Origin: Eledone cirrhosa
Taxonomy: Eukaryota
Length of the DNA stretch: 64,000 nucleotides
Direction of reading: 5' to 3'
NCBI GenBank assembly: GCA_964016885.1
Contig: OZ024742.1
Location: forward strand, 20,026,001 to 20,090,000
Shown here: positions 52,283 to 64,000 of the stretch, piece after piece
Numbering within the stretch: the first letter of the stretch is position 1
Layout of the letters: the number at the start of each line of letters is the position of its first letter
The notes under the pieces: model-generated
Told to the model about the DNA's origin: nothing
What the model saw: the letters and a program-made list of their open reading frames with translations, nothing else
Databases searched by the model: none
Position numbers and translations under genes: made by a program

Positions 52283-52395
52283 GGAGCGTGGCTTAGTGGT
52301 TAGGGAATTGGATTCGCAATCGTGAGCTTACAAGTTCGATTTCCGGCCCGGGCGATGCGTTGTATCCTTGAGCAAGACAATTTGTTTTATGTTGC
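52283..52395 (+). mobile_element. SINE family C head fragment
   Basis: tggcttagtgg...aagttcgatttcc...ccttgagcaagaca. Confidence 0.7.
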
Positions 52396-52615
52396 GATCG
52401 GTAGATAGAATCAGTAATGGAAAGACCATTAAATAAATAAATAAAAAAAATGATATATGCTTTTAAAAAGGTTAAAAAACAGATAGAAATTGTTAGAATA
52501 TATATATATATATATATATATTCATTAGTTAAGCAAAACAAGACCACAAATTTCACAAGGAAGCCATTATTTAAAGATTGTCAACATAGTTGTAGTTTAA
52601 TGTAAGGAATGTAAA

Positions 52616-52650
<35 letters not shown>

Positions 52651-52699
52651 GTTTCATTTATTGGCCACAAGGGCCGACATATAGGGGACAATACAAATG

Positions 52700-55272
52700 A
52701 TGCCTGCGCATCATTAGCCACGGCATGCCCAGCCCTCCCCGTAGAGGGTGCTGGCAGCAGATGGACTGCCTCACCAGCGGAACCTGACCCCTCCACAAGA
52801 ATTTGAAGAGGAGCCGCTCCAAGATGGCGAGCCGCGAACGAGGGCAAGGGACGACGGTCAGACGGTAGTAGATGACGGACGCGATGTACGCGTTCGCCAC
52901 CTCCGCCCGACCTTTCAGTGATAGCTTCATCCCAGCCCATTTCTGGGTGAGACTGGCTACCCCGCCCGTCACCTCATCCCAATTCTTATCCACCTGGAGG
53001 TCTGGCCCGAACCAAACCCCGATCAACTTTACAGGTCCGTCCGTCCAGCGCCTAACGACGCTGTTGGACGGCATGGACTTGCCTCTCCAGGTGCCGAGTT
53101 GCAAGCCCACCGACTTTTCCGGGTTAAGTTTTGCTCCCGTCAACCTTTCATATTCCTCCAATAAGTTGCCGACCACCTCGATTTCTGATGTGTCCGACAC
53201 CATCACGGTGATGTCGTCCGCATAAGCCAACACAGCCTTTCCGCGTCCCAGTTCGAGCGGGATGCCCTGCAACAGCTCCAGCTTCCGCAGTAAAGGCTCG
53301 AGAGTCAATACAGAAGGGAGGAGAGAGGGCACCCTTGACGGACCGATCGGGAGACCTGAAACGGTTCCGAGAGGTGGCCATTAATTTTGACCATCGAGCA
53401 GGTGCCGCTGTGCATTGCAGCGATCCAGCTTCTGAAGACGGGGCCGAAGCCAGCCGCCTTGAAAACAGCCTCCAGGTACCGATGGTCGACCCTATCGAAT
53501 GCTTTCGATTGATCTAAATTGATCAGAGCCCTACCGAAGCCAGGTTTACACCCTACCCTCTCTATGATGTATCGCATTAGGTGGAGCTTGTCGTGTATGG
53601 ACCTGGTTGGGATTGCGCAAGTTTGTGCCTCCTCAACCAAATCCCCGACGACAAGCGCCAACCTCTTCGCTAACACCCTGGCCAAAATCTTAAACTCTGT
53701 GTTGAGCAGAGTTATGGGCCTGAAATTGTCTAATGTGTCCCTCTTGTTCTCGTCTTTCCTTATCAGCGTCACTACACCCCGGCTCACAGAACTGGGAATA
53801 CTCCCGTTTTGCTGCCAGTTGCAGTAGAGGGCTTAGAGGAGATTGGAGAACAAGTCTGGTATATTTACGTAAAGCTCGTAGGGCAGACCATCCAAACCGG
53901 GTGACTTGCGCCTCATGCAGCCGACAAGGGCATCCTGAATCTTGGCTGAAGTAATTGGCCTTTCGCAGCGCCCAGCGTCAGCCGTCGAGAGTTGCGGCAA
54001 GCCATCGAGGTAGGGACTGAAGTCCGCCACCATCTCTGACCCGCCACTTCCCCCGAACAACCGAGCAAAATGTTGGCGAAAGACCTCACACATCCGCTTG
54101 GAATCGCTCAGCTCGTGTCCGTCTCGGTCCGTCAAAGACCGAATCGTGGTTTTATTACTACGCTGCGCCTCTGCCACGCGGGCCCATCGAACATCTTTGG
54201 TTCCCTCGTTTCTCAGAGCACGCGCCTTAGCTCTGACAATGCAACCTTCGTGTTTCGCATTGAAGAAATGGTCTAATGTCATTCTCACCGCTAGCACGTC
54301 AGTTGCAATGCCACTACCAATAGCCTCGTCTAACTTATCTACCAACTCCCCCTCCTTTCTATTTTTCTCTAACGCTACTTCTTTGCTAAACTCTATCGAC
54401 ATTACTCTAATCTCTCTTTTGAGAGCCCCCCACCATCTATTGTTGACGACTCCCCCTGTCAACTTTTTCTTAAATAAATTGTTGACCTGGTCCCTGTAAG
54501 CCTTACGTGCCGGAAATGACATGTTTAGCTTCCAGTAACCAGGTCCTAACCTACGCGTCTTATCTAGGTCGACCATACAGATCACAAACTTCTGATCTGA
54601 ATAGGCGACCGTTTCAAAACGTGGACAGCTTACACTATTTCTGTCTATTTTCCTAATGAATATCCTGTCTATATACGATCTAGATGACCCTATGCGGTTA
54701 GTCCAGGTCCACACTGGCGCATTAGGGAAATCTAGTCGGTACCTGTCAGACAGTTAGAACTGGCTGATCAGGTTCTTGAGGTTTTTGCACCCCCCTCTCC
54801 TATCGGATACTCCCACACAGTCCCAGCATGCGTCTAAGATGCCATTCCAGTCCCCCGCTAACAGTAAAGGGCGAGACGTACCCAGAAAGGCTTCCAGGCG
54901 TCTAAAGAAGTCCGGCCGTCCTGCCCCAGTAGGAGCATAGACGGCCACCAGTCTAAAGGCACCACCTTCGTTATTGTTCACGTCCAGGACCACCAACTTC
55001 CCGTCTGGATCCCGGAAGATCGACCTTACCTCGAGTTCCAGGCCTTTCCTAAACAGCACTGCCACCCCGCCTCCCATTCCCGACCGGCTAACAGATGCAA
55101 AGATCTGATAGTCGTCGAAAATGGGGGCTAGAGCGCGCGTGTCGGAAATCCTGGTCTCGCTGCCGGCAATTACATCCATTTCTATAGATCTGAGGTCGTT
55201 GAGCAGGTGACCCTGCTTCCAGGACGATCCCAGGCCTCGAACATTTAAACATCCTACTCTTAATACGGCCAT
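52700..55272 (-). pseudogene. LINE ORF2 (APE endonuclease + reverse transcriptase), disrupted
   Basis: CLNVRGL, VYAP, AGDWN, IDRIF, SD(Q), YWKLN, KSPGLDGLP, FRPITLLN, LDQSKAFDRVDH, RQGCPLS, YADD. Confidence 0.93.
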
Positions 55273-55307
55273 GTTGGCAGATAAAAAGAGAGAGAGGAAA
55301 GGTTTAC

Positions 55308-56461
55308 TTACCTTCCGGGCTCTTGTGAAGGTCGGGTTGTTCGACCTCCATAGTTGGTGGGGTTTCTTTTGGGAACCCCTTTAAAAGTCTTGAAGTGGGT
55401 TTTACGTTCGGGGTTCCCCACGTCCCTAGGAAAGCTGTCTCGTATTTCTTTGTATAAATCGAGCGACATTCGCATCAGAACCAAATCTTCCGGCATGCGA
55501 AATGTGCTCGATTTAAAAATTTCCTCCTCTTTTTGTATATTTTCACTTCGTGTTACAAGGGCCATCAGTTCCTTGTCGGCCCTCCAGACGAGCACGAAGT
55601 TTGTATGTTTTGTTGGTGTGATTTTATTTGTTTGCGTGGCTGTGGTGGTGATAGTTTTGGTGGTGTTGTTTCGGTTGTGTCTGTGGTTTCAGTTGTTTGT
55701 GTGTATATTTGTTCTTGCGACTGTTTAGGTTGTTCGCGTTTGGGGGATCCTGGTGGTGTTGATGTTGGTGTTATTGGAGAGTTGTTTGCGTGGGTGGTGT
55801 CTGCGTTTTTTATGGTGGGTGATTTTGTGCTTTGTTGAGTTGTTTTTTTTCTTTTTGTGTTTCCTTTTTTGTATTTTGGGGGATTTTGGTTTTCCCTCAT
55901 CTTCACTACTGGTTGAAGAGGAGTCTGTGTCTGTAAGTGTGTCTGTGTGTATGTTTATGGTTTTATTGGTGTGTGTATTTTGGGAGGGAGGGGGAATTTG
56001 ACAGCTTTCTTCGTTTCCCCCCTGGGTGGTCAATGTTGGTGGTGGTCTTTCTATTGGTGTTGTTGTTGGTGGTTTTGCTGGTGCTGGTGTTGTTTGTGGT
56101 CCTCGCCCCGGCGTCGACAGAAGTGGAGCCTTTCGACCCCTTGTCTCTTTCAGCAGTTGAGGGCAGAAGGCTCGCAAATGGGTTTTTTCCCCACAAACAA
56201 AACAATGCGGCCATCCACCTTCGGTCATAATGTGAATGACCGTCCCATTCTGAAGGCGGATGTGGTCCGAGATTGTCTTCACATTTTTTTTTTGTTATCT
56301 GTATTTTTGTTGTCGCTGTTACTGTCATTTTTTTCAAAATTAGAGTTCTCATTGGTATCATTGGTGTCTTTGTTTACATTGTTTGTGGTGGTGTTTGTGT
56401 TATCAATTTGTGTTAATTTCACTGTAGCGCTCCTCTCAACTTCTACGTCGTTGTCGCGCAA
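55308..56461 (-). pseudogene. LINE ORF1 remnant
   Basis: CCHC knuckle CFVCGEKTHLRAFC; low-complexity T/P/K region; frameshifted; lies directly upstream of ORF2. Confidence 0.75.
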
Positions 56462-56677
56462 CAGCAGAAATATCGCTGAGGGGCGTGGCTCAGCCTTGTT
56501 TTTTTTTTAAAGTTCAAATATTTGGGCCAAAAGACCCAAATATTATACTTTCCCCTTCACAGGGCAAAGTCTAAGGGCTTAAATCCCTTACACAACAAGA
56601 AATATTTAACAACAAATAATTTTAACAGGCAAATAAAGCGACTTACTGGGAGCGAGCAAAATACGTCCGATTAGACC

Positions 56678-56738
<61 letters not shown>

Positions 56739-57733
56739 TATAGGGAAGAAGACGCACGAGGTGGTAGAAGGTCATGAAATCGCTCCCGTAAGTTTTTGAT
56801 TTTTAACATATTTAAATCAATTGTGAAATAACAATTCTTAGTACAAATGTTGCATAATCCACCGAATGAAGTCCCATAAAATTTCGGATCCATATTATAT
56901 TGTTATATCGCTCAAATATTCAATTTTGTATTATATATTTTGTATTCAAAAAAAAGAAAATGGTTATAAATGGAAGAAAACACCCTCTGTCTACACTATA
57001 TAGAACAGCCAAATAACAGCAATTTCACCAACACCGGAAAGTTGATACACCACCTATCCCATCACACTAAATATAACAGCCAGATAACGGCAATTTCACC
57101 ACCACCCTCATCAATCCCGGCATGATAATAATAATTACTATTATTATTGTCTCAAATTTTAACAAAATGTTTAATTCCAATTTTACGGGAATATGTCAAC
57201 ACAATATATATTAAACATACGAACACAAACTCATAGATACTACATATCACAAAACCCAGTAACCACAACGCCACCGCCGCCACCACCCCATCCATCATCT
57301 TGCTACCACTATCCCATCGCCGCCGCCACCACTCCTTCATTGCTACCACCACTATTCCCCTGTTAACTTGAGAGAGAAAGGGGAAGGTGGCAGTATCACT
57401 AGACAAGGGAGAGGCTAGCAAAAGATATACATAGATTGACTTAGTGACCTGGCCACCGGCCAAACGTCAACATCAACAACTATGGGACTGCTGGCTCACC
57501 CCTTCCTCACCAACAATATAAAAAGCCCCGGCACCACCACCGACATAGTCAACAACAATAACAGGCAACTACAGCTAAAAGTATATTATATTATTGTAAT
57601 GCACTGGGTGATTGCTGGCCTTGTGCTTGAAGTGGAGACACTTATTAATAATTTCATTCTTAAGCCACGCAATGCTCACATTAAGGAACCACTCATGATA
57701 ATAACAATTTAAAAAAAAACAACAAAAAGAAAA

Positions 57734-60700
57734 CCCCGTGACCAAGAAATACCGGGATGGCGGCCGGCGGGGAATAGCCGTGTCTCTAGGGGAGAACGAC
57801 CCCTCTAGTCTTGGTTGACACTCGTTCTAGAAGTGGTAACACGAAATGATTACCCCTTGACGGATAAGGATAAAACGCGACAAAATAAAGTAAATGTCTA
57901 ATGATAAAATCTCATACCGGATCGGCCGTCACCCGGGTAAAAAAGGGCCGCGTCCCTCAGAGAGGAACCAGACTGGGGTCGAAAAATCAGCTAATGGTTC
58001 AAACCTTCCCATCACTTCGGAGCTGGAGACCTCCCATAACCGGAATACTCCTACTGTTGGCCCTCCATGCTCACCACCAAGAAATCCAAAGAAAAAGAGA
58101 GAAAAATGGTCAAGGGAAGATAATAAAGAAGTCCTTGAGGCTTTCTACACGGCCATGTACTACCCATCAAATACATCGAATACAGAACAGACATATATCA
58201 ACTGGAAAAAGAAACATACCGAAAACAGAGGCTATATTGACAGTAACAAACTAGCCAATATACGAAGAAATATTGTAAGAAAAAAGTTACTAACTGATAT
58301 AGAAATTGATCAGATCAAGCTATTAGCACAAAGTCAGCGAAGGGAAAATGAAACATGTGTCAGTGAAAACGAGGTAAACTGTAACACTTCGAACCCCAGG
58401 GTTGGGGCGGAATCACTGGCAACAGAACAAATTAAAGAAAGGATCGAAAAAGTGGAGGGAGTGCATGCTCAGGATGAAACTCCAAATGAAAATAATGAGA
58501 TCGTAAATGATAAAGAAATGAATGAGAATGAACTTGCCAACTTGAAGGATGAAATTATGATCGAATGGATGAAAATGAAAGAATCTGACATGGGGCAACG
58601 AGACACCCTCCCTAAGATCCAGAACTCCAAACAGAACCAAAAGATAATACACAAGACTAACATAATTCTCAAAAACATTATCATCACAAACAAACTAAAC
58701 ATTACTGATTTAAATCATCTCTATTATGCATCGGCTAAAGTCACCACTCACTTATGTGGAGTGAAGATGAAAAAACAAAGGAATTCCCACAAGAAATCTA
58801 CTTGGTAAGAGAACATCAATCGCCAAATAAACCTTCTCCGATCTGACATAGAAATTTTAACAAACTATAAAGTAGGTGAACATGTTAAACAAACTAAACT
58901 TAAAAAATTGAAAAAACAAGTACAGTATAAAATCAACATGTGACATAGACATGCTGATAGAAATAATCAAGCAAAAAGTGTCGGCCAAAGCTGCTCGTAT
59001 AAGGCGCTTTGAAAAACGATCTAGATTCTATAAGGACAATAATATGTTCAAAAACAACCAAAGAAACTTCTACAGAAAAATTGGTAAGTCAACAATAACT
59101 GCTAAATCAATACCACCCAAGGAGGAAGTGCAAGAATTCTGGGAAAAGATCTGGGCCGAAGAAAAAGTTCATAACATACATGCCCCATGGATAGACAGAC
59201 AAATGAATGATACAGCTCACCTTGAGGAACAAATATGGGAAAATATAACAGTTGAACAGTTGCGCTTGGCTCTAAGAAAAACCAGCAAATGGAAATCCCC
59301 AGGAAAAGACAAAATACAAAACTTTTGGATAAATGCCTTCACAGAGTCTCATGAGCTGTTAGCCCAACTTTACAATGAAATAGTTAAGGAGCCAGAAAAG
59401 ATACCACCATGGCTAGTTAACGGCATTACATTCCTGCTTCCGAAGAATGATGAGACAAACAATCCCAAAAATTACAGACCGATAACTTGCTTGACCACAA
59501 TGTATAAAATTTTAACATCAGTCCTAACTGAATACACATATGACCACCTGATAACAAATGACCTATTTCCCATTGAGCAGAAAGGGTGTAAACGAGGCTC
59601 ATATGGCTGTAAGGATCAGCTTCTGGTTAACAAAATGATACTGGAAGATTGTCATAATAGACACAAAAATCTATCGATTGCTTGGATAGATTATAAAAAA
59701 GCATTCGATAGTTTGCCACGCAGTTGGATTGAAAAATGTTTAGAGATTTTCAAAATATCCCCCGTTGTCAGGAGGTTTTTGTCATTCAGTATGAAGACAT
59801 GGAAAACGACACTCCTTTTGAATAGTGAAACAAAATCACTGGAAGCTGGAGAAGTTAATATTAATTGTGGAATTTTTCAGGGTGATTCTTTATCACCGCT
59901 TTTATTCTGCATCGCACTTATACCATTAAGTAAAATGCTCAATGAAACAAAACATGAATATAAAGTCTATGACAAAACCATTAATCACCTGTTCTACATG
60001 GATGACCTGAAACTATTTGCAAAAAATGATGAACAATTCCACTGTGGGGCAGTTCAGTGATGACATTAAAATGGAGTTTGGACTAGATAAATGTGCCAAA
60101 GCAACGTTCACCAGAGGAAAGCTGCTGAAGAGTTCAGACATTAATCTTGATCGGGGGAACGTGATAAGAGAACTTGATCAAGAAAAAACTTACAAATATC
60201 TAGGTGTTTGTGAAGGAGACGGAATCAAGCACTCGACAATGAGGGAAAGGATAAGGAAGGAATGTTACCGCAGAGTAAGAGCAATCTTAAGAACGGAATT
60301 GAATGCATAGGATCGATGCCATAAACACGCTTGCCATACCAGTAGTAACCTACAGTTACAATGTCATCAACTGGTCAAGCACAGAGATCCGTAGGCTCGA
60401 TACAAAAATTCGAAAATTCTTAACCATGCACAGAATGCATCACCCTAAGGCAGATATAGATAGAATATATCTCCCTAGGAAAGGAGGACGTGGGTTAATC
60501 CAGTTAGACATTGCGTTGAAAACTGCAACAATTGGATTATCTACATATCTAAGGGAATCACATGATTGGATGATCAAACTCGTTTTGAAACACGAAAGCA
60601 TCAAAAGATCATATTCCATTACAAAAGATGCACAAAGATACAGTAATGGACTACAAATTTCAGAAGTCCCATTTACTGCTGAAATGGAAGACACAGAAAA

Positions 60701-61666
60701 AGCAAAGCAGGTAAAAGTAACTGCAAAGAAAGAATTGCTACAGAAACTGGCTAAGAAATGGCAAGAAAAGCCTCTGTATGGAAAATACCCAGAGCGAGCT
60801 AACAATCCTGATGTTGACAAAACTTTAACCCATCAGTGGTTGGCATCCTCTGGACTGAAATCGGAGACTGAAGGACTGATTATATCAGCACAAGATCAGT
60901 GTCTGCCAACAAAAAATTACCAAGCCAACATAATAAAAAATGGATGCAGCCCATTATGCCGTGTATGCAAAAAACAACCAGAGACCATTGACCATATAAT
61001 TTCAATGTGCAGTCCTATAGCTCCAACCGAATACCTAAACAGGCATGACAGAGCTGCACAATACATACATTGGATAATGTGTAAGCATTTTGACCTGCCC
61101 CATCAAAAGAATTGGTGGGAGCATCAACCACCTCCCATACTTGAAAAAGATCACATCTCAATCTTGTGGAACTTTAGCATCCAAACAGACCGAAAAATAG
61201 ATGCAAATAGACCTGATATAATATTGAAGGACTTTAAAAAGAGGGTATGTCTGCTAATTGATATGTCTGTCCCAATAGACAAGAATGTATCTATAAAAAC
61301 ATTTGAAAAATTGAGCAAGTATAAGGACCTGGAGATAGAAATTGGAAAAATGTGGAAATTGAGAACTAAAACAATACCAGTGGTTGTAGGCGCTCTGGGA
61401 ATGATACCTAAGGGGTCTAATGATTACTTATCGCAGATCCCAGGAAACCCGCGTATAGGAGAAATACAAAAGATAGTACTAATGGGAACTGCCCATATAC
61501 TAAGGAAGATTCTGTCAATATAAGTACATCACAAGTCTAAACACTAAAGATGCATGTGTGAGTATGTATGTTCTTCCTTGAACATGGCGGACCTTGTTGT
61601 CTCTTGAGGTCACTGGTTGTGACTTGGTGATAACTCGTATGAACATAAAGCAAGATAAATGCAACT

Positions 61667-61667
<1 letters not shown>
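57734..61667 (+). mobile_element. R4/Dong-clade LINE (RT + restriction-like endonuclease), near full length, ending in (TAA)n
   Basis: Single-ORF layout with an N-terminal KWSREDN motif; no APE domain; 3' end abuts (TAA)n. Confidence 0.88.
57894..61523 (+). pseudogene. R4/Dong ORF with a stop and frameshifts
   Basis: YRPITCL, EQKG, WIDYKKAFDS, GIFQGDSLSP, YMDD, CRVC..ETIDHIISMC, RHD, RPDII, IDMSVP, K..KY. Confidence 0.93.
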
Positions 61668-61699
<32 letters not shown>

Positions 61700-64000
61700 T
61701 TTTCTTTATTAACCACAAGGGTTTACATAAAGTAGACATTAAGGACAGTACAGGACAATACAGGACGGTACAAATGGGCATTTCTGCGTGTAAAAAAAAA
61801 CAGAGGATGAAATAAAATAACAAAGAAAAATTCCCCAATAGGGGGGAGACTTCCGAGGTACATTTGTGGAGAAAGCCCATTAAAAGACCACAGTGACCCT
61901 GACCACCAGGGCAAGTGCCCTCTCCCAGTTTTCTACCCTTAATTTACAGACACATACTCAGAGAAGACCCATTCATTCGGGCCATACTTGCTTCTCTCAC
62001 CCATCTTTCAACAAAATGCTGGGAATAGAGCACTTCCCTCTCTACCCTGATTTTGCTTTTCAAATGAAATTTGAAAAAGTTAATCAAGGCATCACCGAAG
62101 AGGTAAGTGCTCGTCTTCAGCCCTTTCAAACGTGTCCACCATACTATCTCTTTCGCCATGGCCACCAGACAGATAAAAACTGCCTGCCCTTCCCGGCTAA
62201 AGGAAGGGGTCGGGGCAATCCTCACGATGGACTCAGCTGATAGCTGGATCCGTCCTACACGTGACAGCAGGTGTTCGACATAAACCCACAAGTCAGCAAT
62301 GCTCGGACACTGGACGAGTGCGTGCAGGACGGTTTCCTCGCCCTGTGCGCATCTCGGACATGCCCGGCTGACGGCACCTCCATGCCTGTAAAGTTTATCC
62401 CGAACTGGCAAAGCACCCCGGTAGCACTGCCAGGCCAGGGATTTCTGGAAGTTGTCCATAGGCCCCGGCCGGAAAGTCCTTCCGAAGAGATTGGCTAGTT
62501 GATTTTCGTCGACGCCTAGAGTTTCTCCAAGTACGTCGTCGCTCTTCCCCTCCACTAATCCCCTATAGAACGCCAAGGTGGAGTTTCCACCGATCACATT
62601 GCCCGATTGGTCGAGGGCTGTGAGCGCCTGAAGACATTCCAATCTCCAAGCGCTCCCTCTCGGTCTTCGCTTGACCCAGGACTGCAGCTCCGTCAAGGAG
62701 ACGAGCTGGGGAAAAACGTGTCTTGCAAACGGCGACCAGACCTGATCACCGTCGAGGAAGAGGTGGAGATGTCGTAGCCTGAGCGCGTGTCTGCGCATCA
62801 TCAGCCACGGCATGCCCAGCCCTCCACGTAGCGGGTGTTGACAGCAGATGGACCGCCTGACCATCGGAGCGCGTCCCTTCCACAAGAAGCGAAAGAGCAA
62901 ACGCTCCAGCGCAGTCAGGCGGGGCTTAGGACAAGGTACGACGGTCAGGCGGTAGTAGATGACGGATGCGATGTACGCATTCGCCACCTCCGCTCGACCT
63001 TTCAGGGATAGCTTCCTCTCGGCCCATTTCTGGGTGAGAGAAGCCACCCTGCCCGTCACCTCGTCCCAGTTTTTGTCCGTCTGGAGGTCTGGACCGAACC
63101 AGACACCTAGCAATTTAACCGGTCCGTCCGTCCAGCGCCCGACGATGCTGTTGGACGGCATGGAACTGCCTCTCCAGGTGCCGAGCTGCAGGCCCACTGA
63201 CTTTTCCTGGTTGATCATTGCTCCTGTCACCGCTTCGTATTCTCTTAGTGTAGTGCCGATCGCCTCGATGTGTTTGGCGTTCGACACCACTACGGTGACA
63301 TCGTCGGCATATGCTGACACGGATCTTCCGCATCCTAGTTCGCGCGGGACCCCCCTCAACGTCTCCAGTTTGTGCAGTAATGGCTCGAGAGTCAATACGT
63401 ACAATAGGGACGAGAGGGGACATCCTTGGCGGACCGAGCGCATGATGTTGAACGGTTCCGAAAGGTGACCGTTCACTCTCACTACAGAGCAGATGTCGCT
63501 GTGCATAGCAGCGATCCAGCCTCTGAAGACGGGCCCAAAGCCAGCCGCCCTCAGGACCGCCGCTAGGTAACGATGGTCGACCCCATCGAAGGCTTTCGAC
63601 TGATCTAAATTGATCAAAGATCCACCCGTGCCAGGTTCCCTAGCTCCCCTCTCTACGATGTATCGCATGAGGTGGAGGTTGTCGTGGATGGATCTGTCGG
63701 GAATGGCGCATGTCTGTGCCTCTCCCACCAGACCACCAACGACAAGCGCCAACCTCTTTGCTAGCACCTTGGCCAAAATCTTGAACTCTGTGTTTAGCAG
63801 AGTTATGGGCCTAAAATTATCTATGTTATCCCCCTTGTTCGGATCCTTTCTCAGCAGCGCCACCGCTCCTCGGCTCACAGAGCTGGGAATTCTCCCGTTC
63901 TGTTGCCAGTTACAGTAGACGTCCGCCAAGAGGCCTCCGAACAAGTCTGGCATTTGTACGTAAAGTTCATAGGGCAGACCATCCAAACCAGGCGATTTAC
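61668..64000 (-). mobile_element. L1/Tx1-clade LINE 3' half with an (ATT)n tail; continues beyond the window
   Basis: Clear paralogue of 52617-56500; ~245-bp 3' UTR with aataaa. Confidence 0.92.
61944..64000 (-). CDS. LINE ORF2 reverse transcriptase with C-terminal CCHC domain (partial, uninterrupted in window)
   Basis: 680 aa open; RPITLLN, DQSKAFD, RQGCPLS, YADD, CPRC..ETVLHALVQC. Confidence 0.9.
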   Translation of the reverse strand, partial: KSPGLDGLPYELYVQMPDLFGGLLADVYCNWQQNGRIPSSVSRGAVALLRKDPNKGDNIDNFRPITLLNTEFKILAKVLAKRLALVVGGLVGEAQTCAIPDRSIHDNLHLMRYIVERGAREPGTGGSLINLDQSKAFDGVDHRYLAAVLRAAGFGPVFRGWIAAMHSDICSVVRVNGHLSEPFNIMRSVRQGCPLSSLLYVLTLEPLLHKLETLRGVPRELGCGRSVSAYADDVTVVVSNAKHIEAIGTTLREYEAVTGAMINQEKSVGLQLGTWRGSSMPSNSIVGRWTDGPVKLLGVWFGPDLQTDKNWDEVTGRVASLTQKWAERKLSLKGRAEVANAYIASVIYYRLTVVPCPKPRLTALERLLFRFLWKGRAPMVRRSICCQHPLRGGLGMPWLMMRRHALRLRHLHLFLDGDQVWSPFARHVFPQLVSLTELQSWVKRRPRGSAWRLECLQALTALDQSGNVIGGNSTLAFYRGLVEGKSDDVLGETLGVDENQLANLFGRTFRPGPMDNFQKSLAWQCYRGALPVRDKLYRHGGAVSRACPRCAQGEETVLHALVQCPSIADLWVYVEHLLSRVGRIQLSAESIVRIAPTPSFSREGQAVFICLVAMAKEIVWWTRLKGLKTSTYLFGDALINFFKFHLKSKIRVEREVLYSQHFVERWVREASMARMNGSSLSMCL

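Larger units (their letters stand above)
52617..56500 (-). mobile_element. L1/Tx1-clade LINE, degraded, with an (ATT)n tail
   Basis: ORF1 remnants plus ORF2 fragments (APE and RT); aataaa followed by (att)n at the 3' end; 5' boundary approximate. Confidence 0.9.

Noticed and set aside
52581-63918. Antisense and alternate-frame ORFs over the LINEs
   Set aside because: Shadows of GC-rich LINE coding sequence.

Overview
Eukaryotic, AT-rich, repeat-saturated DNA with no recognisable host gene. The SINE sequences resemble octopod cephalopod repeats (my recollection, not verified). Bases 1-~18,430 are a 17-bp satellite (~1,080 monomers) with higher-order structure; its last monomer runs without a break into the body of a tRNA-derived SINE. 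The long minus-strand ORFs there are artefacts of a stop-free monomer. The rest is a mosaic: SINEs with TSDs (two families share a head but have different tails, plus a third family), MITEs, nested hAT transposons, a 2.17-kb non-coding LTR element, minisatellites (22, 31, 40, 44, 48, 57 bp), microsatellites, two L1/Tx1-clade LINEs and one R4/Dong-clade LINE. The best candidates for something new are a SINE-seeded higher-order satellite and a modular SINE system in which one tail matches the 3' end of the L1/Tx1 LINEs in this window. All family assignments come from reading motifs by eye; no searches were run.
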